From the NCBI GenBank assembly GCA_963668025.2, contig CAXXTH010000021.1, positions 32,001-96,000 of the forward strand: a stretch of 64,000 bases of DNA, in the 5' to 3' direction. A program made the translations under genes and the position numbers. Shown piece by piece: positions 36,640 to 46,265 of this stretch. Below the pieces are notes generated by a model. The model was not told the origin of the DNA and made no database searches. It worked only from the letters and a program-made list of their open reading frames with translations. Each line of letters starts with the position of its first letter. Position 1 is the stretch's first letter. The DNA is from Candidatus Hydrogenedentota bacterium. Lineage in GTDB: Bacteria > Hydrogenedentota > Hydrogenedentia > Hydrogenedentales > SLHB01.

Positions 36640-38319
36640 ATGGAACAAGCAGTACATGTAACCGAGACTTCCCGAATTTTGATCGTGGAGGACGAATCCT
36701 CGCTTCGGGAGATCGCCGTGGCGATTCTCTCGAGGGGTGGGTATGAATGCCACTGCGCATGCACCGTAGCAGAAGGCCGGCAAATCTTCGAGAAGGGGCG
36801 CTTTGCCTGCGCCTTAGTCGATTTGGGCTTACCAGACGGCCATGGAAAAGATCTGATCGCCCAGTACGCCAAAGAAGATCCCTTGCTGGTTTCCATTGTC
36901 CTAACGGGCAATCAGAGCGCCGCAGCTATCATTGATAGCATGAGGGCGGGCGCTTTTGATTATTTGATTAAGCCCGTGGATGCTGTCACGTTGAAAACCG
37001 CTGTGGGCCGGGCCGTAGCCCATTATAGCGTCAAACTCGAGCGAGCGGAATTATTCCGGCTGCTGTATGAGGAGCGGGAGCAGTTACGCAGCCGCGTGGA
37101 TGCAGCTACCGCGGATATCCGCCAATATGCGGCAGCCTGCGAATGCAGTAATTCCCGGCTACGCTCGCTTTTACATCTGACCCAGGTCTCTGCCCGCTCT
37201 TATTCTGAAGAAACGTTGATACGCCGGGTGTTTGGCGAGGTTCGGGAACATCTTCCCGTGCGTGGAATCATCGTGAGCAATCCGTCGGCGCGCCAAGTCT
37301 TCATGCTCTATATCCAGGAACCGGAACTAGAGGAGCCGGTTTTTTTGGAAGGGGAAACGCTCACGGATGGCAGCGAATGTAATGCATTTATCGTGGAAGC
37401 TGAATCGGCTGAGGTGTTTCAAGATTGGGTTAAGCAGCACACTCGAATGGATACGGATACCCTGGCGCTGCTGGTATTCACCCAGCAGTTTTGGAACCAG
37501 CCATCATGCGCCATCGGATTTTTCTTGGAAAAACAAGTGAATCCCAATTCATCGGATCGGGAATTCCTGGATATGTGCGCTTACTTGCTTGTCCTCGAGT
37601 GGGAGCGCAGCAAATTGTTGTTTCACGTGGCCCATCAAGCGAGTCTTGGCAATATAGCGGTCGAATTGGTGCGTAATTTTATCCAGCCCCTCACGGCCAT
37701 ACGCACCGCCGCCGATTTTCTTGAAGAGACCATTGTGGATGAAGATTCAAGCCAAGGGGTGTTGGTGATACGGGAAAACGTCGAGCGCCTCCACCTTCAA
37801 ACCCAGGAATTCCGAAAGCTTGCTTTCGTGAGGCCGGATTCCGTGGCTACGGTGCGGCTCGAAGAATATGTGAGCCGAGCGGTGGATTTACTTTCCGTAG
37901 CCATACGAAGCCGGAATGTGCAGGTTATTATGGATATCCAATCGCCAGGCGAATGCGTGCTGCTCAATGGCACGGCGCTGGCGCGCACCTTCCTCGATTT
38001 GATTCTAGGCGCGTTGCGCGCGGTGGAAGTGGGCGGCCATGTTTGGATCACCTTGCGGGAGATGGATGCCGAGCATGTGGCCTTCGAATTGCGCCATGAC
38101 GGCCCCCGCCGGGGGGTTTTCATGGATTCGATCACTTCCATGGTGGCGGCCAGCGTTCCCGGCGAAAAAGCGCAAGTCGAATTGCAGTTTGCGGAACGCA
38201 CGGTCCATAGCTGTGGCGGAAGCCTCAGCGTGGAGCTTGATGATTCGGGTTCGGGCATCTTGCGTATTGTGCTGCCAAGCAACGCCACTCGATTCGCGCC
38301 AGTAGAGAGAAAGACTTGA
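36640..38319 (+). CDS. Receiver domain + GAF-like region + degenerate HisKA/HATPase
   Basis: Intact REC (IVEDE, LVDLGLPDG, LTG, KP). ASLGNIAVELVRNFIQPLTAI resembles an H-box without His. Confidence 0.82.
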   Translation: MEQAVHVTETSRILIVEDESSLREIAVAILSRGGYECHCACTVAEGRQIFEKGRFACALVDLGLPDGHGKDLIAQYAKEDPLLVSIVLTGNQSAAAIIDSMRAGAFDYLIKPVDAVTLKTAVGRAVAHYSVKLERAELFRLLYEEREQLRSRVDAATADIRQYAAACECSNSRLRSLLHLTQVSARSYSEETLIRRVFGEVREHLPVRGIIVSNPSARQVFMLYIQEPELEEPVFLEGETLTDGSECNAFIVEAESAEVFQDWVKQHTRMDTDTLALLVFTQQFWNQPSCAIGFFLEKQVNPNSSDREFLDMCAYLLVLEWERSKLLFHVAHQASLGNIAVELVRNFIQPLTAIRTAADFLEETIVDEDSSQGVLVIRENVERLHLQTQEFRKLAFVRPDSVATVRLEEYVSRAVDLLSVAIRSRNVQVIMDIQSPGECVLLNGTALARTFLDLILGALRAVEVGGHVWITLREMDAEHVAFELRHDGPRRGVFMDSITSMVAASVPGEKAQVELQFAERTVHSCGGSLSVELDDSGSGILRIVLPSNATRFAPVERKT

Positions 38320-39818
38320 TGGCGGCGGGAATCGAGAAGCCTGGATTGCCCCAAGAGCAAGCCACCGCGCTTCGCAAGACGATAGTGGTGATTGATACGG
38401 ATCCGGGCGTTCGCTGGGCGCTTGAAAAAGGCCTGTCCCATTCTGGGTATATTGTCCGGGTGGTGAACAATGCGGGCGATGTTCTACGTTTGGCGCATGA
38501 AGAGGACGTGGCCGCCATAATAATGGAGTTTCTTCCCGAGGCGGGACTCGGCGGCGAGGTGCTGTCCAATCTAGTGCAGGCCCCTTGCGCCCCGAAAGTG
38601 ATCTGTGTTTCCATCTATTCTGATCCGCGGACAGTAATCGATTGCGTACGGCTGGGGGCCACAGACTTTTTACCCAAGCCTTTTGGTTTAGCCGAATTGC
38701 GCGCGGTTTTGTCGCGCGTTTTAGCTTCAGAACACGAGCAGCGCAATATGCGCCGCCCGGACCGGTCCGTTCCGGATGAATCCAGCCCCTCGTTGCTGAT
38801 TGGCGTGAGCCATGCCATGCAGGAATTGCGCACCACTATCCAGCATGTGGCCCGGACGGACCTCAACTGCCTTTTGCGCGGCGAAAGCGGAACGGGCAAA
38901 GATATGGTGGCCCGTGAAATTCACCGCCTTTCTATCCGGCGCGACAAACCGTTCATTAAAGTGAATTGCACGGCCCTTCCGGAACAGCTTCTCGAAAGTG
39001 AACTGTTTGGATATGAGAAAGGCGCCTTCACTGGCGCCCTCTCATCGAAACCAGGCCGCTTTGAATTGGCCAACCGGGGCATCATTTTCCTCGATGAAAT
39101 CGGCGATATGCAGCCCAGCTTGCAAGCAAAACTCCTTCAGGTCATCGAACACAAAGAATTCACCAAACTCGGCGGGCGCAAGCACATCCATGTCGATGTG
39201 CAGATCATCGCCGCCACGAATGCGGATTTGGAAAAACACACCCGCACGGGCGAATTCCGGGATGATTTGTATTTCCGGTTGAATGAAGTCTGTATTTGGG
39301 TTCCTTCTCTCGAAGAGCGAAAAGAAGACATTCCCCTTCTGGTCCGCCATTTTCTGCAAAAGCATGGGCGCTTCTCAGGGGATGCGGAATTCGAGATCAC
39401 GGGTGAAGACATCGCCGCATTAACGGAACACGATTGGCCCGGCAATGTGCGTGAACTCGAAAGCACGATCAAGCGTTGGCTGGCGTTAGGCCAGAAGGTT
39501 CTTCCCGTCGCCAACCGTAGGACGGCTCCCCGCATGGACCTGGGCGTAGCGTCCGCCGGTCCCCGGCCATCCAGCCAATGGGCGCCTGCTCCGCCGCTCG
39601 CTCCATCTTCGCCAGAGCCTCCCACATTTACGGATGTTCAGCCGCGGACTGCTGGGAGCGAGCCTGTTTCCGAGTCTTCCGAAAGAGAACTGGAGCACAT
39701 TCTGGAAGTGCTAAATCAATGCAAGTGGAATCGGCGCAAGGCGGCTGATATGCTAGGCATGAGCTACCAAACGCTGCGGCGCCGAATTGAACGTCATGGG
39801 CTGGATGGGTTGCGTTAA
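38316..39818 (+). CDS. Sigma-54-dependent enhancer-binding protein with atypical receiver
   Basis: GESGTGK, ESELFGYEKGAFTGA, FLDEIG, FRDDLYFRL, WPGNVREL, Fis-type HTH. Confidence 0.95.
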   Translation: MMAAGIEKPGLPQEQATALRKTIVVIDTDPGVRWALEKGLSHSGYIVRVVNNAGDVLRLAHEEDVAAIIMEFLPEAGLGGEVLSNLVQAPCAPKVICVSIYSDPRTVIDCVRLGATDFLPKPFGLAELRAVLSRVLASEHEQRNMRRPDRSVPDESSPSLLIGVSHAMQELRTTIQHVARTDLNCLLRGESGTGKDMVAREIHRLSIRRDKPFIKVNCTALPEQLLESELFGYEKGAFTGALSSKPGRFELANRGIIFLDEIGDMQPSLQAKLLQVIEHKEFTKLGGRKHIHVDVQIIAATNADLEKHTRTGEFRDDLYFRLNEVCIWVPSLEERKEDIPLLVRHFLQKHGRFSGDAEFEITGEDIAALTEHDWPGNVRELESTIKRWLALGQKVLPVANRRTAPRMDLGVASAGPRPSSQWAPAPPLAPSSPEPPTFTDVQPRTAGSEPVSESSERELEHILEVLNQCKWNRRKAADMLGMSYQTLRRRIERHGLDGLR

Positions 39819-40006
39819 GAAAAAAACATGCGCGAGGCGGCTGATAGGATTGGAGGAGCTATGATCAAAAGAATAGCAAATGAGAGCATTGTGTATTCAT
39901 AATTGACAAACATCCGTAGAGTAAACAATGATCACTTGTATGGCGGATAAGTAGTGGATCGAATGCAAGGCCTTGTTTTATAAAGAGTTAAGAGGTATAT
40001 TCTTTA

Positions 40007-40023
40007 TTGGCATGTAATGTGCT
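40007..40023 (+). promoter_or_regulatory. Sigma-54 (-24/-12) promoter
   Basis: TTGGCATGTAATGTGCT (GG-N10-GC) with an AT-rich tract upstream, between the EBP gene and the PEP-CTERM gene. Confidence 0.75.
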
Positions 40024-40116
40024 GTTATTTTACTTGATAAAAAGGTCAGGTAAATGCGCCAGTATCGGCCCACAGAGGTCACTTATCCGGGAAACCGGCT
40101 TGGAGGAGAGCGTACG

Positions 40117-40938
40117 ATGGGATGGAAAAAGGTATTGGGGGTTGCGCTCGTGGTGGCAGGTTTGAGCTTGCCCGCAGCCGCATATTATGTCGAGCCGCAA
40201 GATGTCACTCCATCGAGTGATTACCAGGAGTCGCCTCTTTACCAGATTTATAACGAGCTGTATGGCACCAGCTACACCAGCAGCGCGGAACTTGCAGCCG
40301 CCACGCAAGAAAACTGGGAAGTATTTGATACAGCCGATTTGGGCGACTATGACTCCATTACGCTGGAAGCGGTATGGCGCAATGCCTATATGCAAGAGAA
40401 TGTAGGCATTTACACGACATCGAGCGATGGCACGGTCACGTATAGCAGCGAATTGCTCCAAGTTGATGGCATTGATCCGTCAACGGCATACGCCAGTGCG
40501 GATCCGGCGGATCTGCGTGGCCTTGGCATTACGGCGACCATCGATCCGGATGGTACGTTTGGATTCTATGACGATCCGGCTTTGTCCGATGGGTCAACTC
40601 CTCCGTGGGGCACACTGCATTCGGAAGCGAGCTTAAATTATTTTGATGCCGAAGGCACCACGGATTCGCCTTATCCGCCATATAGCGGAACGCTGTCGGA
40701 CTATCCGAACATGCTTTGGGAAACACATTTCTTGATTCTCGATACGCCCTATGATGATACCTATTTGGTATGCATTGAAGACTTGCCGTATGGGCACGTA
40801 TCGAGCCAAGCGGACTACAACGATTTCTTGTTCACGGTGACCATTAATCGTACGGTAGTTCCTGAACCGGCATCTATGGCCCTGTTGGGATTGGGCATTG
40901 TGGGTTTGGTGGTGCGCCGAATCCGCAAGCGTGCGTGA
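40117..40938 (+). CDS. PEP-CTERM sorting-domain protein
   Basis: Signal peptide; C-terminal VPEPASMALLGLGIVGLVVRRIRKRA; EDL...DYND (DUF4114-like) motif. Confidence 0.93.
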   Translation: MGWKKVLGVALVVAGLSLPAAAYYVEPQDVTPSSDYQESPLYQIYNELYGTSYTSSAELAAATQENWEVFDTADLGDYDSITLEAVWRNAYMQENVGIYTTSSDGTVTYSSELLQVDGIDPSTAYASADPADLRGLGITATIDPDGTFGFYDDPALSDGSTPPWGTLHSEASLNYFDAEGTTDSPYPPYSGTLSDYPNMLWETHFLILDTPYDDTYLVCIEDLPYGHVSSQADYNDFLFTVTINRTVVPEPASMALLGLGIVGLVVRRIRKRA

Positions 40939-41012
40939 GCTTCTCCTCCAAAGAGCTTCACGGCTGAATGAGCTGCGGCCGCCTTGGGCGGCCGCAAGCG
41001 TTTTTAGACGGT

Positions 41013-41750
41013 TTACACGGAAGGCTGGACGTTTTCCAGCGGCGGATGATTGCCCCGCACGATTTGCCGGACTCCACAAGGGGCTGCCCATTTCACGCCG
41101 TTGTAGATGACCTTCAAGATCGTTTCATCGTGATAAATGGGAAGCGTCTCATGGCCCGGCCGGAAGTAGAAGACCTTGCCCTGGCCCCGATGCCAGCAGC
41201 AGCCGCTTCGGAACACTTCACCCCCTTCGAACCAACTGATGAACACCAATTGATCGGGCTGGGGGATATCAAAGTGTTCGCCATACATTTCCGTGTGGGG
41301 CAGCTCGAAGTATTCCGGCAGGCCGTCCGCGATGGGGTGCGCCGGATCCACGACCCACAGGCGCTCTTTTTCTCCTATCTCACGCCATTTTAGATCGCAG
41401 CCGGTGCCCATGAGTTTCTTAAAAACCTTGGAGAAATGCCCGCTGTGGAGCACGATGACGCCCATGCCCTGCATTATCCGCTGAAATACGCGCTCGACAT
41501 GCTCGTCACTCACGAGATGGTGCGCCATATGGCCCCACCACGTCAGGACATCCGTATTGTTCAGGATGTCGTCGCTTAATCCTTGTTCCGCGTCATCCAG
41601 TTCTGATACATGGACCGACGCGATACCTTCCTGCTTTTCAAGAAACTGGGCGATTTGGCGTCCCATGCCCTGGGGATATAGCGCTTTCGCTTTTTCGTTT
41701 GTTTTCTCGTGTACGCCTTCATTCCATATAGTTACTCGAATGCCGCTCAT
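41013..41750 (-). CDS. thuA: ThuA-domain protein (trehalose utilization family)
   Basis: VTIWNE..HE, DVLTWWGH.AH, VLHSGHFSK, EMYGE.FDIP.PD, FYFRPGHET. Confidence 0.9.
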   Translation of the reverse strand: MSGIRVTIWNEGVHEKTNEKAKALYPQGMGRQIAQFLEKQEGIASVHVSELDDAEQGLSDDILNNTDVLTWWGHMAHHLVSDEHVERVFQRIMQGMGVIVLHSGHFSKVFKKLMGTGCDLKWREIGEKERLWVVDPAHPIADGLPEYFELPHTEMYGEHFDIPQPDQLVFISWFEGGEVFRSGCCWHRGQGKVFYFRPGHETLPIYHDETILKVIYNGVKWAAPCGVRQIVRGNHPPLENVQPSV

Positions 41751-41796
41751 GTTTGGCCCTTTCTGTTCTGATGGATTTATTGATAAGGGATATGTT

Positions 41797-42645
41797 TCAT
41801 TTTCCGTTCACCGCTTTTTTCAACCATTGCAGCGCTCCTGGCGCATTTTGCCAGCCCGAAAGGCCCTTTTCCACATAAAGAATGGCTTCGTCTTCGCCAG
41901 AAGGAGCATAGCGAAATGGGAGTTCTGCTGGCATTGGCTTATGCCCGGCCAGCAGCGGAGGTATGTAAGGGTTATAATCTAGCGCCAAATGGAGTGATTG
42001 AAGAGCGGTTTCTCCCTCAGGAGCTTTAACAAAGTCCAGCAGCGCCCTCGAGTAGAACCACCAGGCGGAATGATCTCGTTTGTATTTTTTGTATACTTCC
42101 TCAGCGTCTTTATACCGTTTTAAATCGAGCAGATAGGGGAGCAGGATGTAACGAATGCCCATATTGTCTCCCGTGCATAGTCGCAAGATATCGTGATAAC
42201 TAGCGATGGCCTGTTCATGCATGCCCAATTCCACATAACACTCAGCCATGCCTGCATATGCGCGCATGAAGGGCCGTGTCTCAAAGATCTCCCAAAAGTG
42301 GCCCGCCCCATTTTCGAAAATATCATTGCCTAGCGCAATTCTCGCTACAAGATAGCCACGTGTAAAATAATCAAGAGCATCTTCCGCGTATTTGGCTTCA
42401 AATTGGGCTAGGATGCCAAACGCATCGGCACAAAACGGATAGATCTCCAAGGCTTGTTTAGCCAAGGAAACACGTTTCCGTTTGCTGGATGTTTCATATG
42501 CTTCCTGAATGAGCAGTTCCGCTAGAAATTCAGGCGTATCATCGAAAGAATCGCATTCACTCGAGTCTTCTCTGTTGGGAAAGGGGAGTATCGTATGCCC
42601 ATTTTTCGCATCGGTATCGGTTGGTGTCTTTTTCTTTTTCGCCAT
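41797..42645 (-). CDS. TPR/ST7-like hypothetical protein
   Basis: AKQALEI.P.CADA, FW...ETRPFMRA, DNMGIRY, N.Y.P..L. Confidence 0.7.
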   Translation of the reverse strand: MAKKKKTPTDTDAKNGHTILPFPNREDSSECDSFDDTPEFLAELLIQEAYETSSKRKRVSLAKQALEIYPFCADAFGILAQFEAKYAEDALDYFTRGYLVARIALGNDIFENGAGHFWEIFETRPFMRAYAGMAECYVELGMHEQAIASYHDILRLCTGDNMGIRYILLPYLLDLKRYKDAEEVYKKYKRDHSAWWFYSRALLDFVKAPEGETALQSLHLALDYNPYIPPLLAGHKPMPAELPFRYAPSGEDEAILYVEKGLSGWQNAPGALQWLKKAVNGK

Positions 42646-42785
42646 GCTTGCATCTCCCTTATCGTGTTTTTAAGAGCAAGGTCTTTGGTGTTCTTGCTTC
42701 TATGTTTATTCCCCGCTATGCTGCTACTCAAGATACCATACCATCTTGATGAGAGGGAAAAACATCCTGAAGAAAGGGGATTAAG

Positions 42786-44765
42786 ATGTTCATGCGATCG
42801 CAGGGAATCATAGCAGCTTGCTGTATTTTGATGATCTTAACTGGCTGCGCCACGCGGCGCGCGGCGGAACAGCCGAAGGCAATGGAGGTAAAAATGCCGG
42901 AACCCGTACGTTCAGAATGGGTGTTGTTGCCCGAACCGAAACAGTTGGAATTCACCGGCGGATGGCTGGCCGTCAAGCCCAGCCAGACTGCGGTGGAAGC
43001 GGACGCCACGAAACGGTTGATCGCCGATGCCCTCGTCCTCGTGTCGGGCTCGGCCAGGACGGATGCCGTTATCTTCGGGGTGCCCATGCAAGATGCCTTT
43101 AAGGTGGACCCTGCGGCTGTACCGCAGCCGGAAGGCTATACGCTAGACATCAGCGCGAAAAGCATTGCCATCACGGCCCATGATGAAGCGGGGGCATTTC
43201 ATGCCGCCCAGACGCTTACCCAGCTTGCCCGGCAGGCCGCGGGCAAAAAGTATCTGCCTTGCCTGCGCATCAGCGATTGGCCCGATTTTCCCCATCGCGG
43301 CGTTATGCTCGATATCGCGCGCGACAAAGTGCCCGAGATGGACACCTTGTATGCCTTCGTGGACCAGATGGCCGAATGGAAGCTGAATGAGCTTCAGCTC
43401 TACACCGAGCATACCTTTGCATATAAGGGACATCATGTGGTGTGGGAAAACGCCTCGCCCATGACGCCCCAGCAGATCCATGCGTTGGATGTCTATTGCC
43501 GCGAGCATTTTATCGAGCTAGTGCCGAACCAAAACTCTTTTGGCCATATGGGGCGCTGGCTTTCCCATCCGGAATATGCGTATTTAGGTGAAATGACGGA
43601 TGGCGGCGATGACCTGTGCCCCGTGGAGCCGCGCTGCATTACATTTTTGAACGAACTATATGATCAGTTGCTGCCCTGTTTTTCGAGTGGACAGGTCAAT
43701 GTGGGTTGCGACGAGACGTGGAGCCTGGGCAAGGGCCGCAGCGCCACCGCCGTGAATGAAAAAGGCGAAGGCCGGGTGTATCTCGATTTTCTGCTCCAGA
43801 TCCACCAGTTGGTGTCCGCTCACGGAAAGCGTATGCAGTTCTGGGGAGATATCATCAACAAGCATCCGGAGCTGATCCCGGAATTGCCCAAAGACATGAT
43901 CGCCATCGAGTGGGGGTATGACGCGGATCATCCGTTCGAACGCAATTGTGCGCGTTACGCCGCGGCGGGCGTGCCATTTTATGTTGCGCCGGGCACATCG
44001 AGCTGGTGCTCGCTGTTGGGCCGGACCGAGAATTCTCTTGAGAACTTGCGCAATGCCGCAATCAATGGAAAAGCCAATGGGGCTATCGGCTACTTAATCA
44101 CGGATTGGGGCGATCTGGGACATTGGCAGTTCCTGCCGGTGTCGTATGGCCCCATGGCGTACGGCGCGGCGGCGTGCTGGGCGTATGACGCGAATCAGGA
44201 TCTAGACTTGGCGCACGCGCTGGATGTCCATGTCTTCCGGGATCAAGCGGGCGTCATGGGCAAGCTCGCTCTCGATCTCGGGAATGGGTACAAAAAAACA
44301 GGCGTCGAGATAGGTAATAATACTGTTTTGCATGCGTTGATCAGCCGGTTCGCCGAAAAGCCTATTAGCGATTCCTGGATTAAGAAAACGACTGTGGCGG
44401 GTCTCGAACAAGCGGATGAGGCGTTAGCGCAATTGATCGCGCAATTGCAGGATGCGCGGATGGACCGGCCGGACGCGGCGTTGATCGTGGATGAATTTCG
44501 TTGCGACGCGGCATTGGCGCGATTCGCATGCCATTTCGGGATTGCGCGGCTAAATGCGGGCGATGTGGGGGCGTCTGGGCTTCCCCTCGAGGCGCGCCGG
44601 CCGTTAGCGGATGAATTGGCCGTTATTTTGCCCGAATACCGGCAGTTGTGGATGGCGCGCAACCGTTCTGGCGGGCTTAAAGACAGCACCGCCGCACTTG
44701 ATGCGCTATTGGTCACGCTGCGCCAAGCGCCCCCGGCAGCCGAAGCCGCTCAACCAGCAAGCTAA
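42786..44765 (+). CDS. GH20-family beta-N-acetylhexosaminidase, lipoprotein
   Basis: Lipobox LTGC, PEGYTL, I.DWPDF..RG.MLD, GCDE catalytic pair, TDWGD.GH. Confidence 0.88.
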   Translation: MFMRSQGIIAACCILMILTGCATRRAAEQPKAMEVKMPEPVRSEWVLLPEPKQLEFTGGWLAVKPSQTAVEADATKRLIADALVLVSGSARTDAVIFGVPMQDAFKVDPAAVPQPEGYTLDISAKSIAITAHDEAGAFHAAQTLTQLARQAAGKKYLPCLRISDWPDFPHRGVMLDIARDKVPEMDTLYAFVDQMAEWKLNELQLYTEHTFAYKGHHVVWENASPMTPQQIHALDVYCREHFIELVPNQNSFGHMGRWLSHPEYAYLGEMTDGGDDLCPVEPRCITFLNELYDQLLPCFSSGQVNVGCDETWSLGKGRSATAVNEKGEGRVYLDFLLQIHQLVSAHGKRMQFWGDIINKHPELIPELPKDMIAIEWGYDADHPFERNCARYAAAGVPFYVAPGTSSWCSLLGRTENSLENLRNAAINGKANGAIGYLITDWGDLGHWQFLPVSYGPMAYGAAACWAYDANQDLDLAHALDVHVFRDQAGVMGKLALDLGNGYKKTGVEIGNNTVLHALISRFAEKPISDSWIKKTTVAGLEQADEALAQLIAQLQDARMDRPDAALIVDEFRCDAALARFACHFGIARLNAGDVGASGLPLEARRPLADELAVILPEYRQLWMARNRSGGLKDSTAALDALLVTLRQAPPAAEAAQPAS

Positions 44766-44854
44766 TCCCACACAACGAATGCGCCATTGTGGTGCGTGAA
44801 AAGGTGAGGTACAGTATAGGCGAGTCTGGTGCGGCTCGATGAAAGGCTTAGGCC

Positions 44855-45580
44855 ATGCTGCTCCAAGATCTGGCGGCGCGGATCCGCGCCCAGCGCGAAA
44901 AGCGCGGGCTGAAACAGCAGGATATCGCTAACGCGTTGAACATCAGCCCGCAAGCGGTGTCGAAGTGGGAGCGCGGTGAAAATGCGCCCGACATCGCCAT
45001 CCTTGCGCCGCTGGCGCAATTGCTGGGCGTGTCGGTGGATTGGCTGTTGTCGGCGCGGGAGGCTGGGATGGATGTCTTCGAGGCCACCGTGTTCGCATCG
45101 AGCGTGATGGGTGCCTATAAGCGTTCGCTCGAAATGGCGCCCTATGACTTTGCCGCGTGGGTGAATGGTTTTTTCTATACGCTAACGGAGGCGGTGTTGC
45201 GGGCGGGCGGCGTGCCCATCAAGTATGTGGGCGACGGTTTCTTGTGTTTCTTCGCAGGCGCGGGCCATGCGGACCGGGCCGTGCAAGCCGCGAAGCGGGC
45301 GAGGGCGCTGGTCTCGGAGGATCTCCGGGCCGGGCTTAGCGCGGGGCCGGTTTATCTGGGGTCCGTGGGCCATCCCGATTACGCCCGGCCGGACATCATG
45401 GGAGAAGTGGTGAACATCGCTTTTCTCACGATGGGCTGGGCCGAGGCGCACGGGAAGAGTGGTGTTGCCGCCACGGAGGCGGTGTTGAATGCGCTCGATG
45501 CGCCCGTGGGAACGGGTGAAGCAGAGGAAGTGAATTTTAAAGGCATCGCCAAGCCCGTGCGGGTGGTGGAGATAGTATAA
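44855..45580 (+). CDS. XRE HTH regulator fused to a degenerate class III nucleotide-cyclase domain
   Basis: ISPQAVSKWERG..PD HTH, IKYVGDG, RAGLSAGPV..G.VG, DIMGEVVNIA. Confidence 0.85.
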   Translation: MLLQDLAARIRAQREKRGLKQQDIANALNISPQAVSKWERGENAPDIAILAPLAQLLGVSVDWLLSAREAGMDVFEATVFASSVMGAYKRSLEMAPYDFAAWVNGFFYTLTEAVLRAGGVPIKYVGDGFLCFFAGAGHADRAVQAAKRARALVSEDLRAGLSAGPVYLGSVGHPDYARPDIMGEVVNIAFLTMGWAEAHGKSGVAATEAVLNALDAPVGTGEAEEVNFKGIAKPVRVVEIV

Positions 45581-45581
45581 A

Positions 45582-45746
45582 TTCACCACAGAGGCCACAG
45601 AGGGCCACAGAGAAAGCGTATGTATGATCTTGAGTGATACGTTTACATGAACATGATGTGTTATTGAGTATACGAACTATTTTGCGTATGAAGAATTTGT
45701 TTCTGGGTTTTAGTAATTCTCTGTGTATCTCTGCGGTCTCTGTGGT
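45582..45746. repeat. Tandem-unit palindrome (CACAGAG type) upstream of intact GxxExxY
   Basis: TTCACCACAGAGGCCACAGAGGGCCACAGAG ... CTCTGTGTATCTCTGCGGTCTCTGTGGT. Confidence 0.9.
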
Positions 45747-45771
45747 TCAACAATATGGAGCAACTGATTTT

Positions 45772-46146
45772 ATGCATGTGAATGAGATTTCCGGCCAGAT
45801 TGTGGATGCCGCTATTCATATGCACCAGACGCTTGGGCCTGGACTGCTTGAAAAAACTTACCAGGCATGCTTGGCGCATGAATTGCGTAAACGTAGCCTG
45901 CATGTTGAGACAGAAAAAGAAGCGCCTTTAGTTTATGATGGCCAGCACGTCGATGTGGGATTCAGGATCGATATGCTGGTTGCTGATGAAGTGATCGTAG
46001 AATTGAAATCTGTTGAGCATGTCTTGCCGATCCATGAGGCTCAAATACTCACGTACTTGAAACTCATGAAAAAACGGATTGGTTTGTTATTAAACTTCAA
46101 TGAACTCCGAATGAAAGATGGCATTCATCGGTTTATTAACGGTTAG
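45772..46146 (+). CDS. GxxExxY protein (intact)
   Basis: LGPGLLEKTY, FRIDMLV..EVIVELKS, QILTYL, GLLLNF. RBS GGAG upstream. Confidence 0.93.
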   Translation: MHVNEISGQIVDAAIHMHQTLGPGLLEKTYQACLAHELRKRSLHVETEKEAPLVYDGQHVDVGFRIDMLVADEVIVELKSVEHVLPIHEAQILTYLKLMKKRIGLLLNFNELRMKDGIHRFING

Positions 46147-46152
46147 TTTTTC

Positions 46153-46228
46153 CACCACAGAGGCCACGGAGATGCACAGAGACGATATACAATTCGATTT
46201 CTCTGTGTCCCTTGTGGTCTCTGTGGTG
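46153..46228. repeat. Tandem-unit palindrome (CACAGAG type) downstream of GxxExxY
   Basis: CACCACAGAGGCCACGGAGATGCACAGAG-19 nt-CTCTGTGTCCCTTGTGGTCTCTGTGGTG. Confidence 0.9.
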
Positions 46229-46265
46229 AACAAAATCAAACAAACCATAACAGGAGAATATACTT

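Noticed and set aside
46147-46265. SAH/SAM riboswitch before ahcY
   Set aside because: The space is occupied by the GxxExxY palindrome; no riboswitch consensus recognised.
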